Positions 19,641 through 30,202 of a DNA stretch of 64,000 nt are shown here, one piece after another. Within the stretch, counting starts at the first letter, position 1. Each line of letters opens with the position of its first letter. The DNA is taken from NCBI GenBank assembly GCA_018238155.1, contig JABCTZ010000007.1, positions 96,001-160,000 of the forward strand, given 5' to 3'. A program made the position numbers and the translations under genes. Below the pieces are notes generated by a model. It did not search any database, was not told where the DNA came from, and was given only the letters and a program-made list of their open reading frames with translations. The stretch is from Candidatus Heimdallarchaeota archaeon. GTDB lineage: Archaea; Asgardarchaeota; Heimdallarchaeia; JABLTI01.

Positions 19641-19732
19641 TACTCAAATTTGAGTAAATGGAGGTTGAACTCTTTTCTTAAAAAGATATTTGTACATACT
19701 CAATTTTCTCCTTCCCTACTCATTTTTGAGAG
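19641..19732. promoter_or_regulatory. Palindromic operator sites upstream of ribK/rbkR
   Basis: Perfect palindrome TACTCAAATTTGAGTA (19641-19656), near-copy TACTCATTTTTGAGAG (19717-19732), half-site TACTCA (19697-19702). Confidence 0.7.
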
Positions 19733-19822
19733 CTTATTTTTCATTATACATCAAGTTAAAACAGAAAAAAAGTGGATAATGGGTCCCTTTTATGAGGTTC
19801 CCATGTTTGTGTTAATTAGAGC

Positions 19823-22192
19823 TTATTTTAGCTCTCGAGAGATCGAGAGTGCTTGACGACCGAGCGTCTCACCAATAACGACATTCTTGAATCCATCCGA
19901 AGTGGAGAGAATACCAACCCAATCCTTTTCAGTTTCATCTTTGAAAGCAATGAGCATTTCTTCTCCTCCATCTCTATCAAAAGCGATGTATTCTGCAAAC
20001 CCTTGCATATCTTGCATACCAATCTTTCTTATTTTGGCTCTTCCAAGTGCATCTGATGCTTTGATTTCATCAATAATATTCTTGTCAGCGACTTCATCAA
20101 TTTTTGATATGATGGTCATTTTAGCTTGTGCTTTGACCTTTCCTAAAGTCTTTGTTGGAATATCACTGGGTTCAGGTATGACCATAGTTACATTGGATTT
20201 TATTCTCAAAGTGAGCATATCATCCAATCTATCAAAGATTGCATCTTTACTGTAAAGAATTGCTGTTTCTATTTTTGGTCTTGGATAGGTTGTAACTGTC
20301 GTTTGGAACGCTTCATTTTGACTCTTGAATTCCATCAATAGTTGAGATATTTTCAATGAATCTTTTGAAAATCTATTATAATAATCATTGAATCCACCCT
20401 TTACGGCTTCTATTTCTTTTCTAACAGATGATTCAACTACATCGGTTATTGTTGAAATCGCTTTCAAGGAGGTTTCTTCATTGTTCCTGATACAAGTTGT
20501 TGCTGTGGTATTTACATCACTTATTACCGCAGTGGTTGTACTTCCAATAGTTTCAGTACCGGTAGTGCAATCTTTAGCAACTTTTTGCTTCGTTTTCTTG
20601 GTATCATTGATGAATGAATCCTTAGTCTCTTTCAGATTTTCTTTAGAGCTTGTAACCGTAGCATCTGCCATAGATGCAATATCTGCCGTCATCTGTGTTG
20701 TTGTTGTAGTTGTAGTATCAGAATTAGATGTTGTTAGAGAGGTTAATTTCTCTGTAACATTATTCTTTGTTAAATCGAATTCAGTTTTTGAGGTGTCTAC
20801 AGAGCTATCAATTGATGCATGCATTCCTGTAACTGTTTCTTCAACTTTGGCATTAATGTCTGCTGAGTAGTTAGATTTCAATAAAACAACACTTGAATTT
20901 AAGGTTGCGACTGTAGAATTTGTTGCTTCCAAAGTATTTGCATTTTGTTCTTCAACCTTTGTTAGCATAGATGCAGTTCCATCTTCTACAGCTTTATTAT
21001 CGATATCTACATTTGCAGCTATTTCTTCATTGTGTTTAGTTACTAATTCAGCAACAGAGGCATTAGCGTTCTCCATTAGAGCAGCAATTTCTTTGCTTGT
21101 GTTCGCATTCAAATCGTCAATTTGCTTTTTATATTTTTCAGAAATTTTCGTTAATTGCTTATTGAATTTCCCTTCAAAATCATTCATATCTGAAGCAAAA
21201 TGCTCTTTCACTTGATCAAAATTGGTACTAAGTCCTTCTTTGAATTGATTATTCAAATCAATTCTATTTTTCTTAGCTTCCTCAGCTGTTTCCTTCAAGA
21301 AAGCTCCTTGTTCATTTGTTGCTGTAGTGATTGTTTCACTAAGAGTTGTTACATTGCCTTCTGTTTCATTTACAAAAGTATCCAATCCTGATAAGACATG
21401 ATCTCTTGTATCTTCTAATTTTTCTTTAGAGTCATTTTTCAAAGCATTGCCAAGTTTTTCAACTTCATTGGTGATGGTTTGTGTTGCAGTAGCAATAGCA
21501 TTTGTTCCCTCGTTAAGGAATTCATCATTTCTTCCTTTGATTGTCGAATTCAATTCTTCTAGAGCAGTCTGGGAATTTGACTTTGCATTAGTTGAAAAAG
21601 TGTCTAAATTCTCATTTACATTTCCCTCAAAAGCTTCAACTGTTTCGGTTTGTTTGGTCAAGAAATCGTTTGTTTCTGATTTGATTGCTTTCTTGGTTGA
21701 ATTAACAGCTACATTAACAGACTCTTTTGCTTCGAGTGTTTTACTTTCAACAGAAGCTTTGCTTTCGTTGCTATTTAGAGAAACAATATCACTATTTTTC
21801 TTCTTTTCAGAGTGAACAAATTCTTCTGTATCTTTCATTACTTGATCGAAATGCTTAATCTGATTTGCAACGTACTCTTTCAATTCAGTTACTAGCTGAT
21901 CAATCTTATGTGCATCTTTTCCTGCTTCTTCGGCTATTTCTCTAAAAGGATAAAGACCAATTGCTTTATCTACTAACCCCTCAATATTATAGGCATAATT
22001 CTTTCCAAATAATACTTCAAGAGTTGCTTTTACTTTTGAGATGGGTTTAACTTGGGAATACTTAGAAATCTCTCCTAAAGTTAAAGGGCCCAAAGAAAGT
22101 AATGCGAGATACACCTTTTGTTCTATTTCACTTAAACCAAGTCTCTCAAGAAATGGTGTAGTAGTTGGTGTTGACATAATATATCCCTTCAT
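19823..22192 (-). CDS. TrmB-like wHTH + very long hendecad helical region + TrmB effector (PLD-like) domain
   Basis: LERLGLSEIEQKVYLALLSLGPLTLGEIS N-terminus; about 540 proline-free helical residues; C-terminal KSNVTMVIP...IAFDRDGGEEMLIA. Confidence 0.8.
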   Translation of the reverse strand: MKGYIMSTPTTTPFLERLGLSEIEQKVYLALLSLGPLTLGEISKYSQVKPISKVKATLEVLFGKNYAYNIEGLVDKAIGLYPFREIAEEAGKDAHKIDQLVTELKEYVANQIKHFDQVMKDTEEFVHSEKKKNSDIVSLNSNESKASVESKTLEAKESVNVAVNSTKKAIKSETNDFLTKQTETVEAFEGNVNENLDTFSTNAKSNSQTALEELNSTIKGRNDEFLNEGTNAIATATQTITNEVEKLGNALKNDSKEKLEDTRDHVLSGLDTFVNETEGNVTTLSETITTATNEQGAFLKETAEEAKKNRIDLNNQFKEGLSTNFDQVKEHFASDMNDFEGKFNKQLTKISEKYKKQIDDLNANTSKEIAALMENANASVAELVTKHNEEIAANVDIDNKAVEDGTASMLTKVEEQNANTLEATNSTVATLNSSVVLLKSNYSADINAKVEETVTGMHASIDSSVDTSKTEFDLTKNNVTEKLTSLTTSNSDTTTTTTTQMTADIASMADATVTSSKENLKETKDSFINDTKKTKQKVAKDCTTGTETIGSTTTAVISDVNTTATTCIRNNEETSLKAISTITDVVESSVRKEIEAVKGGFNDYYNRFSKDSLKISQLLMEFKSQNEAFQTTVTTYPRPKIETAILYSKDAIFDRLDDMLTLRIKSNVTMVIPEPSDIPTKTLGKVKAQAKMTIISKIDEVADKNIIDEIKASDALGRAKIRKIGMQDMQGFAEYIAFDRDGGEEMLIAFKDETEKDWVGILSTSDGFKNVVIGETLGRQALSISRELK

Positions 22193-22400
22193 ATCATTTT
22201 TACAAATTGATTTATTGCTTCATTTTTTCATAGTAAATCAAAGGTAGCAAATTTCTGTTATACTAACAAAAATTAACAAGTAAAACAGAAAAGGAGATTG
22301 TATAAATGTATTGCTCTTCATACAAATTTATGGCAAAGAAAAAATAGCTCAAAACACAAATTATGCGTTTTTTCTTAAAAATTAGATGAGAAGATAGGAA

Positions 22401-23165
22401 TTATAATGTTCCTTCTTCAATTGCCTTTATATCTAAGAAGGATTCCAATATGCCTTCATAGATTTTTCCATCAAGAATTGTTAAAGGTCTTTTTGCTTCT
22501 TTTGCAATCATATCTTCATGAGTTACAACAACAAGAGTAACGCCTTCTTCTTCGTTAATCTTCATTAAATAATCAATGATTTCTCGTGAGGTATTGCTAT
22601 CTAATTGACCTGTGGGTTCATCTAAAAGGATTAGTTCAGGTTTATTAGCCAATGCACGAGCAATTGCTACTCTTTGTCTTTGCCCACCACTTAGCTCCAT
22701 TGGAAAATGATCGCCTCTATCTGGTAATCCAATTACTTCAAGAAGTTCATACACTCTCTCTTCTCTTTCAGAAGTTGGAGTTCCATTTATAATCATTGGA
22801 AGTGCGATGTTTTCTGCTGTTGTCAAAATTTCAAGAAGATTAAATGCTTGGAAAACAAAACCAATTTTATTTCTGCGAATATCACGAATATCCTTGTTTG
22901 GCATTTGAGTTAGATTTACTCCATTAAAGAAAATTTCACCTGCAGTAGGATTGTCTATTGTTCCAATCAAATTGAGAAAAGTTGTTTTTCCACTTCCAGA
23001 AGGACCTACTATTGTTGCATACTCTCCTCTCTCGAGAGCAAAGTCAATACCATTAATAGCTTTGATTGTTGCTTCTCCAAAAGGGTATTCTTTTGTCAGT
23101 CCTTTAGTCTGAATAATAAAGTCATTTTTTTCAGCCAATGAAATTCGCTCCAGCTGTTTTATCAA
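22401..23165 (-). CDS. ABC transporter ATPase, LolD/MacB type
   Basis: [44 protein letters not shown]. Confidence 0.95.
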   Translation of the reverse strand: MIKQLERISLAEKNDFIIQTKGLTKEYPFGEATIKAINGIDFALERGEYATIVGPSGSGKTTFLNLIGTIDNPTAGEIFFNGVNLTQMPNKDIRDIRRNKIGFVFQAFNLLEILTTAENIALPMIINGTPTSEREERVYELLEVIGLPDRGDHFPMELSGGQRQRVAIARALANKPELILLDEPTGQLDSNTSREIIDYLMKINEEEGVTLVVVTHEDMIAKEAKRPLTILDGKIYEGILESFLDIKAIEEGTL

Positions 23166-23281
23166 AGGATATCAGAATAAAAAGCATTTCTAACAATCTA
23201 ATTATAATTTAAATTGAAAGAAGAAAAGGAACTGATGGAATTAATTCTCTTCTTAATTCATGATTAATGAATTTTCTATCT

Positions 23282-25513
23282 TTAAATAAGCCCCCTTCTT
23301 TTTTTATAGCTATTTTTAACAACAAAGTATCCAGAAATTGCTAGAATTATTATTGTTCCTCCTATTATTGGTCCTAAAGTCCAAAGTGGGAAAGGCTTGT
23401 CGAAAGGATCATTCGGATCACTACCACGTTTAATTTCCACATCATCAGTTATCCCGTCCCCATCCGTATCATCATTAATCGGATTTGTACCGTAAATATC
23501 GATTTCATCAACATTTGAAATTCCATCGCCATCTGAATCCAAATTCGCATCCTGAACAAGAGGATTTGTTAAATATCGTTTCACTTCATCCCCATCTAAT
23601 AGTCCATCTCCGTCCGTATCAGAAATATCTGGATTTGTGCTATGAGTGTACTCTTCAATATTAGTTAGCTTGTCTTCATCTAGATCTTCGTAAGTATCTG
23701 GTACAAACGGATCTGGATTTTCATATTGCACCTCAAACCCATCTGGTAAGAAATCTCCATCTGTATCTGAATTGAGTGGATTTGTTCCCGAAAATAATAC
23801 CTCATACCCATCTTCTAAATCATCTTGATCTGTATCTTTGATTGTTGGATCTGTAAAATAAATATCTGCTTCTTCTACATTTGTTAATAAATCACCATCT
23901 GTATCGAAATCTGTATCATTCTTTGTTGGATCCAAGCGATATCTGTAAATTTCATCTCCATCTAGTAACCCATCTCCATCTGTATCCTTCATTTGAACGT
24001 TGCTCCCAACAATTTCTTCCTCCAAATCACTTAGTCCATCCTGATCCATATCTGCAGTCAAACCGATTCGCTCATTGCCTCCCCGATAGCTTGGCCATGG
24101 TAAGAGTCCAAATGAACCTAGTTTATAACAATAAACATCTGAAAGGTCTCGCTCAGTCCCTGTGCCATGAGTTGTAATAATGATTTCAATTATCCCATCT
24201 TTATCAATGTCGCCTATTACTGGTGCAGAATCAATTCCTTTTATGCTTATTTCTTTCTTATACAGCTCAGTTCCATTATTCGAAATAATTAGTATTTTCC
24301 CAGAAGGCGTCACTTCGACAATTTCAGGAATAAAATCCCCATTTATATCACAAATAATTGAATCTTTGTAAATGACTTCACTATTAGTGCTATTCCAATA
24401 AACGTTCTTACTATTTCTTGCATCAGTAAAAGCAAAGAGTGTGACATTTGTGGGTTGAATTAGGAAGTCATTAATTCCATCCATATCCAAATCACCAATT
24501 GTTACACTATTTAGTATTGCATTTTCTGCCTCCCAAGGCCATTCGCTGAATTGTGAGCCGTTTTGATGATAAATGTACAAATTTCTGTCCCACGAACCAA
24601 TAATTATTTCATTCTTACTATCATTATTCAAATCAGTAACTGCAGGAGAAGCTCTAATATGATATGTTGTATTTTGTGGCCACCCTGGTAGTGGAACACC
24701 ATGACCATCAATAACGTGTATTGCATTGTCATAAGAACCAAAAACAATTTCTAATGCAGAATCTCCACCTAAATCCGCTAAAGCTGGTGTACCAATGATT
24801 TGATCTGTTGCACCTGTATATGGAAATCCTTCTACTTCTGATCCATTAAGCTCAAAAGCATGAATATTGTTATCCCACGTTCCAATAATTATTTCTTTCT
24901 CTCCGTCTCCATCAATATCCCCTGCAGAAAGTGATGATGTAATTTTATTACTTAATTCAATATCCCAGTTTGGAACCTCTGTAGCATTTAAAAACCAAGC
25001 ATGTAACGTTCCTGGATTGTGTGTTGCACAAATAATTTCTTTCTCACCATCTTCATTAAGATCTAAAGCAATTGGATATGGTGATATGCCTAAATCTGAT
25101 GTTAATTTCTCATTTGTAGCAATAGTACCATATGTTCCCCAACCTTCAAGAAAATTTCCTTCATGGTCTAAAATATAGATGAAACTATTTGCAGTCAAGA
25201 TAATAATTTCCATATCTCCATCTCCATCAAGGTCTGATAAAATTGGTGAAGATATTGCCGAGCCAATCAAATCTTCATGTATCCAAAGGGCATTTGTGAA
25301 GAATGACTCTATTTCTGCGCCAGAGTTAATAGAAAATATCGGCTCAGTAATAAACACTTGTTTCTGTTCAATTCGAGGGTTTAGCTGTTTTAATTTCAAA
25401 ATATCAGCGTCAAATGATTGTGCTAAACCAATATTTACACAAATCGTTAGTACAATAAAAATAAGTCCTATTCTGGAAATTATTATTTTATTTACCATTA
25501 AAGCATACCACAA
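23282..25513 (-). CDS. Cell-surface protein: FG-GAP/VCBS beta-propeller + bacterial TSP3 (DxDGDG) Ca-binding repeats + C-terminal TM
   Basis: Signal peptide; repeated SSP...DLDGDG..EII blades with GWP/GFP; about 9 NP...DTDGDGL.DG.E repeats; TM followed by KNSYKKRR. Confidence 0.88.
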   Translation of the reverse strand: MWYALMVNKIIISRIGLIFIVLTICVNIGLAQSFDADILKLKQLNPRIEQKQVFITEPIFSINSGAEIESFFTNALWIHEDLIGSAISSPILSDLDGDGDMEIIILTANSFIYILDHEGNFLEGWGTYGTIATNEKLTSDLGISPYPIALDLNEDGEKEIICATHNPGTLHAWFLNATEVPNWDIELSNKITSSLSAGDIDGDGEKEIIIGTWDNNIHAFELNGSEVEGFPYTGATDQIIGTPALADLGGDSALEIVFGSYDNAIHVIDGHGVPLPGWPQNTTYHIRASPAVTDLNNDSKNEIIIGSWDRNLYIYHQNGSQFSEWPWEAENAILNSVTIGDLDMDGINDFLIQPTNVTLFAFTDARNSKNVYWNSTNSEVIYKDSIICDINGDFIPEIVEVTPSGKILIISNNGTELYKKEISIKGIDSAPVIGDIDKDGIIEIIITTHGTGTERDLSDVYCYKLGSFGLLPWPSYRGGNERIGLTADMDQDGLSDLEEEIVGSNVQMKDTDGDGLLDGDEIYRYRLDPTKNDTDFDTDGDLLTNVEEADIYFTDPTIKDTDQDDLEDGYEVLFSGTNPLNSDTDGDFLPDGFEVQYENPDPFVPDTYEDLDEDKLTNIEEYTHSTNPDISDTDGDGLLDGDEVKRYLTNPLVQDANLDSDGDGISNVDEIDIYGTNPINDDTDGDGITDDVEIKRGSDPNDPFDKPFPLWTLGPIIGGTIIILAISGYFVVKNSYKKRRGLI

Positions 25514-25676
25514 ATATACAAGTCTCCTCTTTCAAATTTAATTTTTGTTAAAAAACCGTTAATATTCCTTACATTTTGATTATCTTTTCTCCTTCAAATG
25601 AATTAACTCTCTAAAATGATATTAGTATAAATGCTTAAAACTGATTTCAACAAATCTTATCTGGGTAGTATATCTG

Positions 25677-28559
25677 ATGAGCTTAATATCTAGAGTTTTC
25701 GAAAAACTTAATCTGTTTTTCAGAATGATTTTCATTAATAAAAAATACACTCTAGTAGCATTTGTGGGCTTAGGAATAAGCCTTTCCCTTATATCTACAA
25801 GTTTAATTTTTCTTTATAGTTACCAATTTAACGCATTCAATAAATATGTCGTTGATCATCCCGAAGAGCAAATAACAATATCACCAAATAATATGCTTAA
25901 TTCTTTTGGGCAAGAGGATACTTTGATTCCTGATTTAAACTCGCTTGTGGATACTTCAATAAGTGATTCTGGGTTACAAGGTCGTGTTTCATATAGAGGA
26001 TGGTATAATCGTCGTGCGGTAGTTCTTCCTTATGAAGATCGAACTCATTATAATACCACTGAACTTTTACCCTTGTCAATGGTTGGTGTCCCAGTAGAAT
26101 TTTTTGATATATTGCAACCATATCTCATTGAGGGTGGAAGAATGCCTGCAAGTTCAAATGAAATTATTATATTGCTACGATCAGAATACTTTTCAACAAC
26201 AAATATTAGTGTCGGCGAACAAAATATCTTTGTTATTTCTAATCCTATAAATATTTGGGCTTCAGTATGGGACGGAGTTCCTAATGGCGGAGTGAGGATG
26301 AATGTTACCGGTATTATCAATGTCTATGATTTACAGAACAGTTTAAACAACACTTCAGATTCCACAACAAAAATCAGCAATCTATTTTCTGTTATTGATA
26401 CTGATGAAATGATATTAACGTTTCATAAAAATGTTATGGATTTCACATCTGGTTTAACTGGCATGCCGTCCTTGGTTGCTCCAAATAAACAAACCTATGT
26501 AGGATCTATTCTTTTCAATTTGAACGAAGTAAATGCTTTTAGAATCAATGATGATATATCTAACTTGATCGCTTTTTCTGAACAGTTACGTACTTCTATT
26601 GAAACTACAAGTTTAACAAATGATGTTCATATCGATTTGGATTTAGTAGTTATCCTTCAAGGGTTCGCATCTGAATTTGAAGTTTTTAAGATTTTTACCC
26701 TGTTATTTATGGTACCCATTATAAGTATGGCTTTATCTTTAACAGCATACTCGACTAACTTGGTCAAAAAACGCAGAAAACGCCAACTTGCTTTGTTAGG
26801 TCAAAGAGGTGTTTCTCAATTTGAGATTCTCTTTATGTTGTTTAGTGAGACCTTACTTTTTACCGTTATTGCAATAGTAATATCATTCATTATTGCGTAT
26901 CCATATTCATTTCTAATTTTAAAGAGTGATGCTTTTCTAAGTTTTCAGGGAGAAATAATTACTCCACAACTATATATTTTCATTATTGAAATTATAATTG
27001 CGATAGGTTTTGGTGGGTCATTGTTAGTAAATTTCAGCAATATCTGGAATTTAAGCAAAATAAGTGCTGAAGAAGCTTTCAGCGAAACGAAAACCAAAAA
27101 GCCATTCTGGGAACGATTTTATATTGATATATTCTTCTTAATTGTAGGAATTGTTGCTTGGATAATAACATTTTACCAACTTCGTAATACAGCTGTATCT
27201 TCTGCTTTTGCTCGAGTATTAGGAACACCGGCACCAATACTAATAATTGTTGGAACAGTTTTATTCATTTCTAGATTATATCCACTAATTACTACTTGGT
27301 TATCTAAAATTTCTTGGAAATATACTAAATTAGAAATGATTAGCATTTCACTAAGAAGTTTAAGTAGAAGAAGAAGTGCCTCGATGCGGTCATTAGTTCT
27401 AATTATGCTTACGTTTACTATGGCAATAATTTCTATTGTAATACCAGATACATATCAAAATTTCGATTATGAAAATGCTGCTTATGACATTGGATCAGAT
27501 ATAGTGATATCAGGGGTTTCTATGAATGATCCTAGTTTCCAGGCAAATATTGAAGCAATTGAGGGTGTTGAAGATACCACATATGTAGCCTTACTAACCT
27601 ATAATCCAATATCCCGGGGGAGTATAATCTATTCTTATTCAATAGTAGGTATAAATACTTCTGAATTTGCTAACGTTGCCTTTTTTGAAGATGAATATTT
27701 GGATGATGATTTAGAGGAAACATTAACTATTTTAGCACAACCCCCAGAATTGGGGTCTTCTGCCAATGTTTTAATTCAAGAGGATCAAGTAAAAGCATTT
27801 AATTTAACTGAAGGGAAAAATTTCAATATAACATATTTGCCCAGTGGTTCAAACGTGGAATACAATTATACCGTTACTACTGTTGGTTTCTATAATTATT
27901 GGCCTACTTTATACAAAATTGCACCAGAACAAGGTTCAACTATTTTCAGACTTGGTATGGTCACCAATTTAGCAACAATCTATGCTCTTGCAATGGATTC
28001 TGCCAACGTCAATGTTCAGTTGTATGTAGATGTAAAAGATGATTATATCGTTGAGACAGTTGCAGATGATATTCGTGGGAAAGTTTTTGGGCGGAGAATT
28101 GAAGACATAGATGAAAGAGTGACTATTTCGACAGGTAGTCTCAGAGCAGCAGTCATATATGGCTCTCTAAATTCCAATTTTATTGCATCTATTTTCATTC
28201 TTATCTTTGCTATGTCGTTAATGATGGTAATACATAGTTTGGAGCGTTCAAACGAAGTAGGAATTTTGAAAGCTATTGGTATATCTCCAAAGCAACTCTT
28301 CTCGTTTTTCTTCGTAGAATCACTCACTGTTATAATTGTAGGTGCAATAGTTGGAACATTCCTGGGGATGATTACTTCATATATGTTTATGTCAATAATA
28401 ACAATCAATAGATTCATCCCACCCTGGGGGATGGTTTTTTCACCATGGAAGATTATTGGAACAATATTAGTTATGTTATTTGCATCCATGCTTAGCTCAG
28501 CAATTCCAGGAGTTCTCTTTTCAAGACGGAAAGAAGCGCAAATTATGCGAGAGCTATGA
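25677..28559 (+). CDS. ABC transporter permease, duplicated MacB/FtsX type
   Basis: RRKRQLALLGQRG and ERSNEVGILKAIG coupling motifs, two large extracellular loops, about 10 TM. Confidence 0.9.
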   Translation: MSLISRVFEKLNLFFRMIFINKKYTLVAFVGLGISLSLISTSLIFLYSYQFNAFNKYVVDHPEEQITISPNNMLNSFGQEDTLIPDLNSLVDTSISDSGLQGRVSYRGWYNRRAVVLPYEDRTHYNTTELLPLSMVGVPVEFFDILQPYLIEGGRMPASSNEIIILLRSEYFSTTNISVGEQNIFVISNPINIWASVWDGVPNGGVRMNVTGIINVYDLQNSLNNTSDSTTKISNLFSVIDTDEMILTFHKNVMDFTSGLTGMPSLVAPNKQTYVGSILFNLNEVNAFRINDDISNLIAFSEQLRTSIETTSLTNDVHIDLDLVVILQGFASEFEVFKIFTLLFMVPIISMALSLTAYSTNLVKKRRKRQLALLGQRGVSQFEILFMLFSETLLFTVIAIVISFIIAYPYSFLILKSDAFLSFQGEIITPQLYIFIIEIIIAIGFGGSLLVNFSNIWNLSKISAEEAFSETKTKKPFWERFYIDIFFLIVGIVAWIITFYQLRNTAVSSAFARVLGTPAPILIIVGTVLFISRLYPLITTWLSKISWKYTKLEMISISLRSLSRRRSASMRSLVLIMLTFTMAIISIVIPDTYQNFDYENAAYDIGSDIVISGVSMNDPSFQANIEAIEGVEDTTYVALLTYNPISRGSIIYSYSIVGINTSEFANVAFFEDEYLDDDLEETLTILAQPPELGSSANVLIQEDQVKAFNLTEGKNFNITYLPSGSNVEYNYTVTTVGFYNYWPTLYKIAPEQGSTIFRLGMVTNLATIYALAMDSANVNVQLYVDVKDDYIVETVADDIRGKVFGRRIEDIDERVTISTGSLRAAVIYGSLNSNFIASIFILIFAMSLMMVIHSLERSNEVGILKAIGISPKQLFSFFFVESLTVIIVGAIVGTFLGMITSYMFMSIITINRFIPPWGMVFSPWKIIGTILVMLFASMLSSAIPGVLFSRRKEAQIMREL

Positions 28560-28798
28560 AACAAATTTTTTTGTTTATAATAATGTAAAAGAGAAAGGAT
28601 AATTGCTACAAACAAAATAGAAGTTACAAAGAAAAACGAATGAAAACTCATAAATGAACAAAAAATTTTAAAACTGAACAAAAGAGACTAAAATATAGTG
28701 AAGTTATTCTTTTAATAACCTCTACAAAACATTATTAAAAGGAAAATGAAACAGCAATTAATATAAGAAAAATTTAACTGTTAATTAGGTGTAAACAA

Positions 28799-30202
28799 AT
28801 GGCAGATGATAAACCGCATTTGAATCTAGTCGTCATTGGTCATGTTGATCATGGTAAAAGTACAATGACTGGACATGCTCTCTACAAAGCAGGAGCAGTC
28901 GACGAAAGGTTGATCCAGAAGTATGCAGAAGAATCAGAGGCAATCGGAAAGCCTTCATGGAAATACGCTTGGGTCTTGCAAAAGCTCCAGGAAGAACGCG
29001 AAAGAGGTTTAACTATTGATGTTTCTTTCTTCAAGTTTGAAACTAAAAATAGCGTTTTTACAATTATAGATGCCCCTGGTCACAGGGACTTTGTAAAGAA
29101 CATGATTACTGGTGCCTCTCAAGCTAACGCTGCAATTCTCGTCGTTTCTGTTGAAAAGAACGACCTTGAGTCTGGTCTTGCTGAAGAGCGAGTTGAGAAA
29201 ACACCAAAGGGTGATCGAAGAATCCCTGGTGGTCAAACAATTGAGCATTTAACACTTGCAATTACTCTTGGCATTACCCAAATAGTTGTTGCAGTAAATA
29301 AAATGGATCTGGTAAAGTTTGAAGAAAAAGCTTACCTTGGTGTTGTTGAAAGAATAACCGCATTACTTCAAGGTTTTGTTAAAAGTGGTCTTGTTTCAAA
29401 AGAACGTGTTGATTCCATAAAATTCGTTCCAACAAGTGGAATGACTGGAGATGGTTTAGTTGGCAAAAGCGATAAAATGACTTGGTATAAAGGTTTAGCT
29501 TTAATGGATGCAATTAATGAATTCAAAGCACCAGAAAAACCAACTAGTAAACCACTCAGAATGCCTGTTCAAGATGTGTATGCAATCAAAGGTGTAGGTA
29601 CTGTCCCAGTAGGGAAAATCGAATCTGGTATATTAAAACCAGGCGATGAAGTTGTTTTCCCAATTTCAAATCAAAGTGCAAAAGTTCAATCCATTGAAAT
29701 GCATCACGAACAACTTACACAAGCAGTTCCTGGTGATAATGTAGGCTTTAACATAAAAGGTGTTGCTCGAAATGAAATCCTCAAAGGCGATGTCATTGGT
29801 CACGCTAAAGATGCTCCAAAGATCGTTGAGACCTTTGTTGCCCGTACCTTCGTTTTGAAGAACCTCTCCAAACCTGGAGCTTCACAACCAACTGGTATGG
29901 CTAAAGGCTATGCACCAATCATTCATCTTGGTCAAGCTGCACAAGCATGCCAAATTGTTGATTGGAAGGTTTTAAAGAAATCACCACAACGTAAATCCTT
30001 AGTTGCAACTGGTGAATATGATCCAAAAATTTACCTTATACAAGGTGATTTTGCTGAGATTACATTCCAACCATTTGCACCATTCATATGCGAAAAATTC
30101 GCTGACTTCCCCGCATTGGGACGTTTTGCCGCACGTGATATGGGACAAACCGTTGCTGTAGGAATTGTTACAGACGTAAAAGCAAAAAAGATAAAAGAAT
30201 AG
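28799..30202 (+). CDS. tuf: Translation elongation factor EF-1alpha (divergent, with insertions)
   Basis: KPHLNLVVIGHVDHGKST, ERERGLTID, IIDAPGHRDFVKNMITGASQA, NKMD, PLRMPVQDVY, LGRFA.RDMGQTVAVG. Confidence 0.93.
   Translation: MADDKPHLNLVVIGHVDHGKSTMTGHALYKAGAVDERLIQKYAEESEAIGKPSWKYAWVLQKLQEERERGLTIDVSFFKFETKNSVFTIIDAPGHRDFVKNMITGASQANAAILVVSVEKNDLESGLAEERVEKTPKGDRRIPGGQTIEHLTLAITLGITQIVVAVNKMDLVKFEEKAYLGVVERITALLQGFVKSGLVSKERVDSIKFVPTSGMTGDGLVGKSDKMTWYKGLALMDAINEFKAPEKPTSKPLRMPVQDVYAIKGVGTVPVGKIESGILKPGDEVVFPISNQSAKVQSIEMHHEQLTQAVPGDNVGFNIKGVARNEILKGDVIGHAKDAPKIVETFVARTFVLKNLSKPGASQPTGMAKGYAPIIHLGQAAQACQIVDWKVLKKSPQRKSLVATGEYDPKIYLIQGDFAEITFQPFAPFICEKFADFPALGRFAARDMGQTVAVGIVTDVKAKKIKE

Noticed and set aside
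19623-19856. 77-aa plus-strand ORF
   Set aside because: Overlaps the ribK promoter/operators and the end of the opposite gene; not protein-like.
20695-20716. Microsatellite-like (GTT)n run
   Set aside because: Encodes a poly-Thr tract with mixed codons inside a CDS.
23390-24050. Periodic DNA repeats that might suggest a CRISPR-like array
   Set aside because: Degenerate coding repeats for DTDGDG motifs; no identical repeat-spacer array or cas gene in the window.
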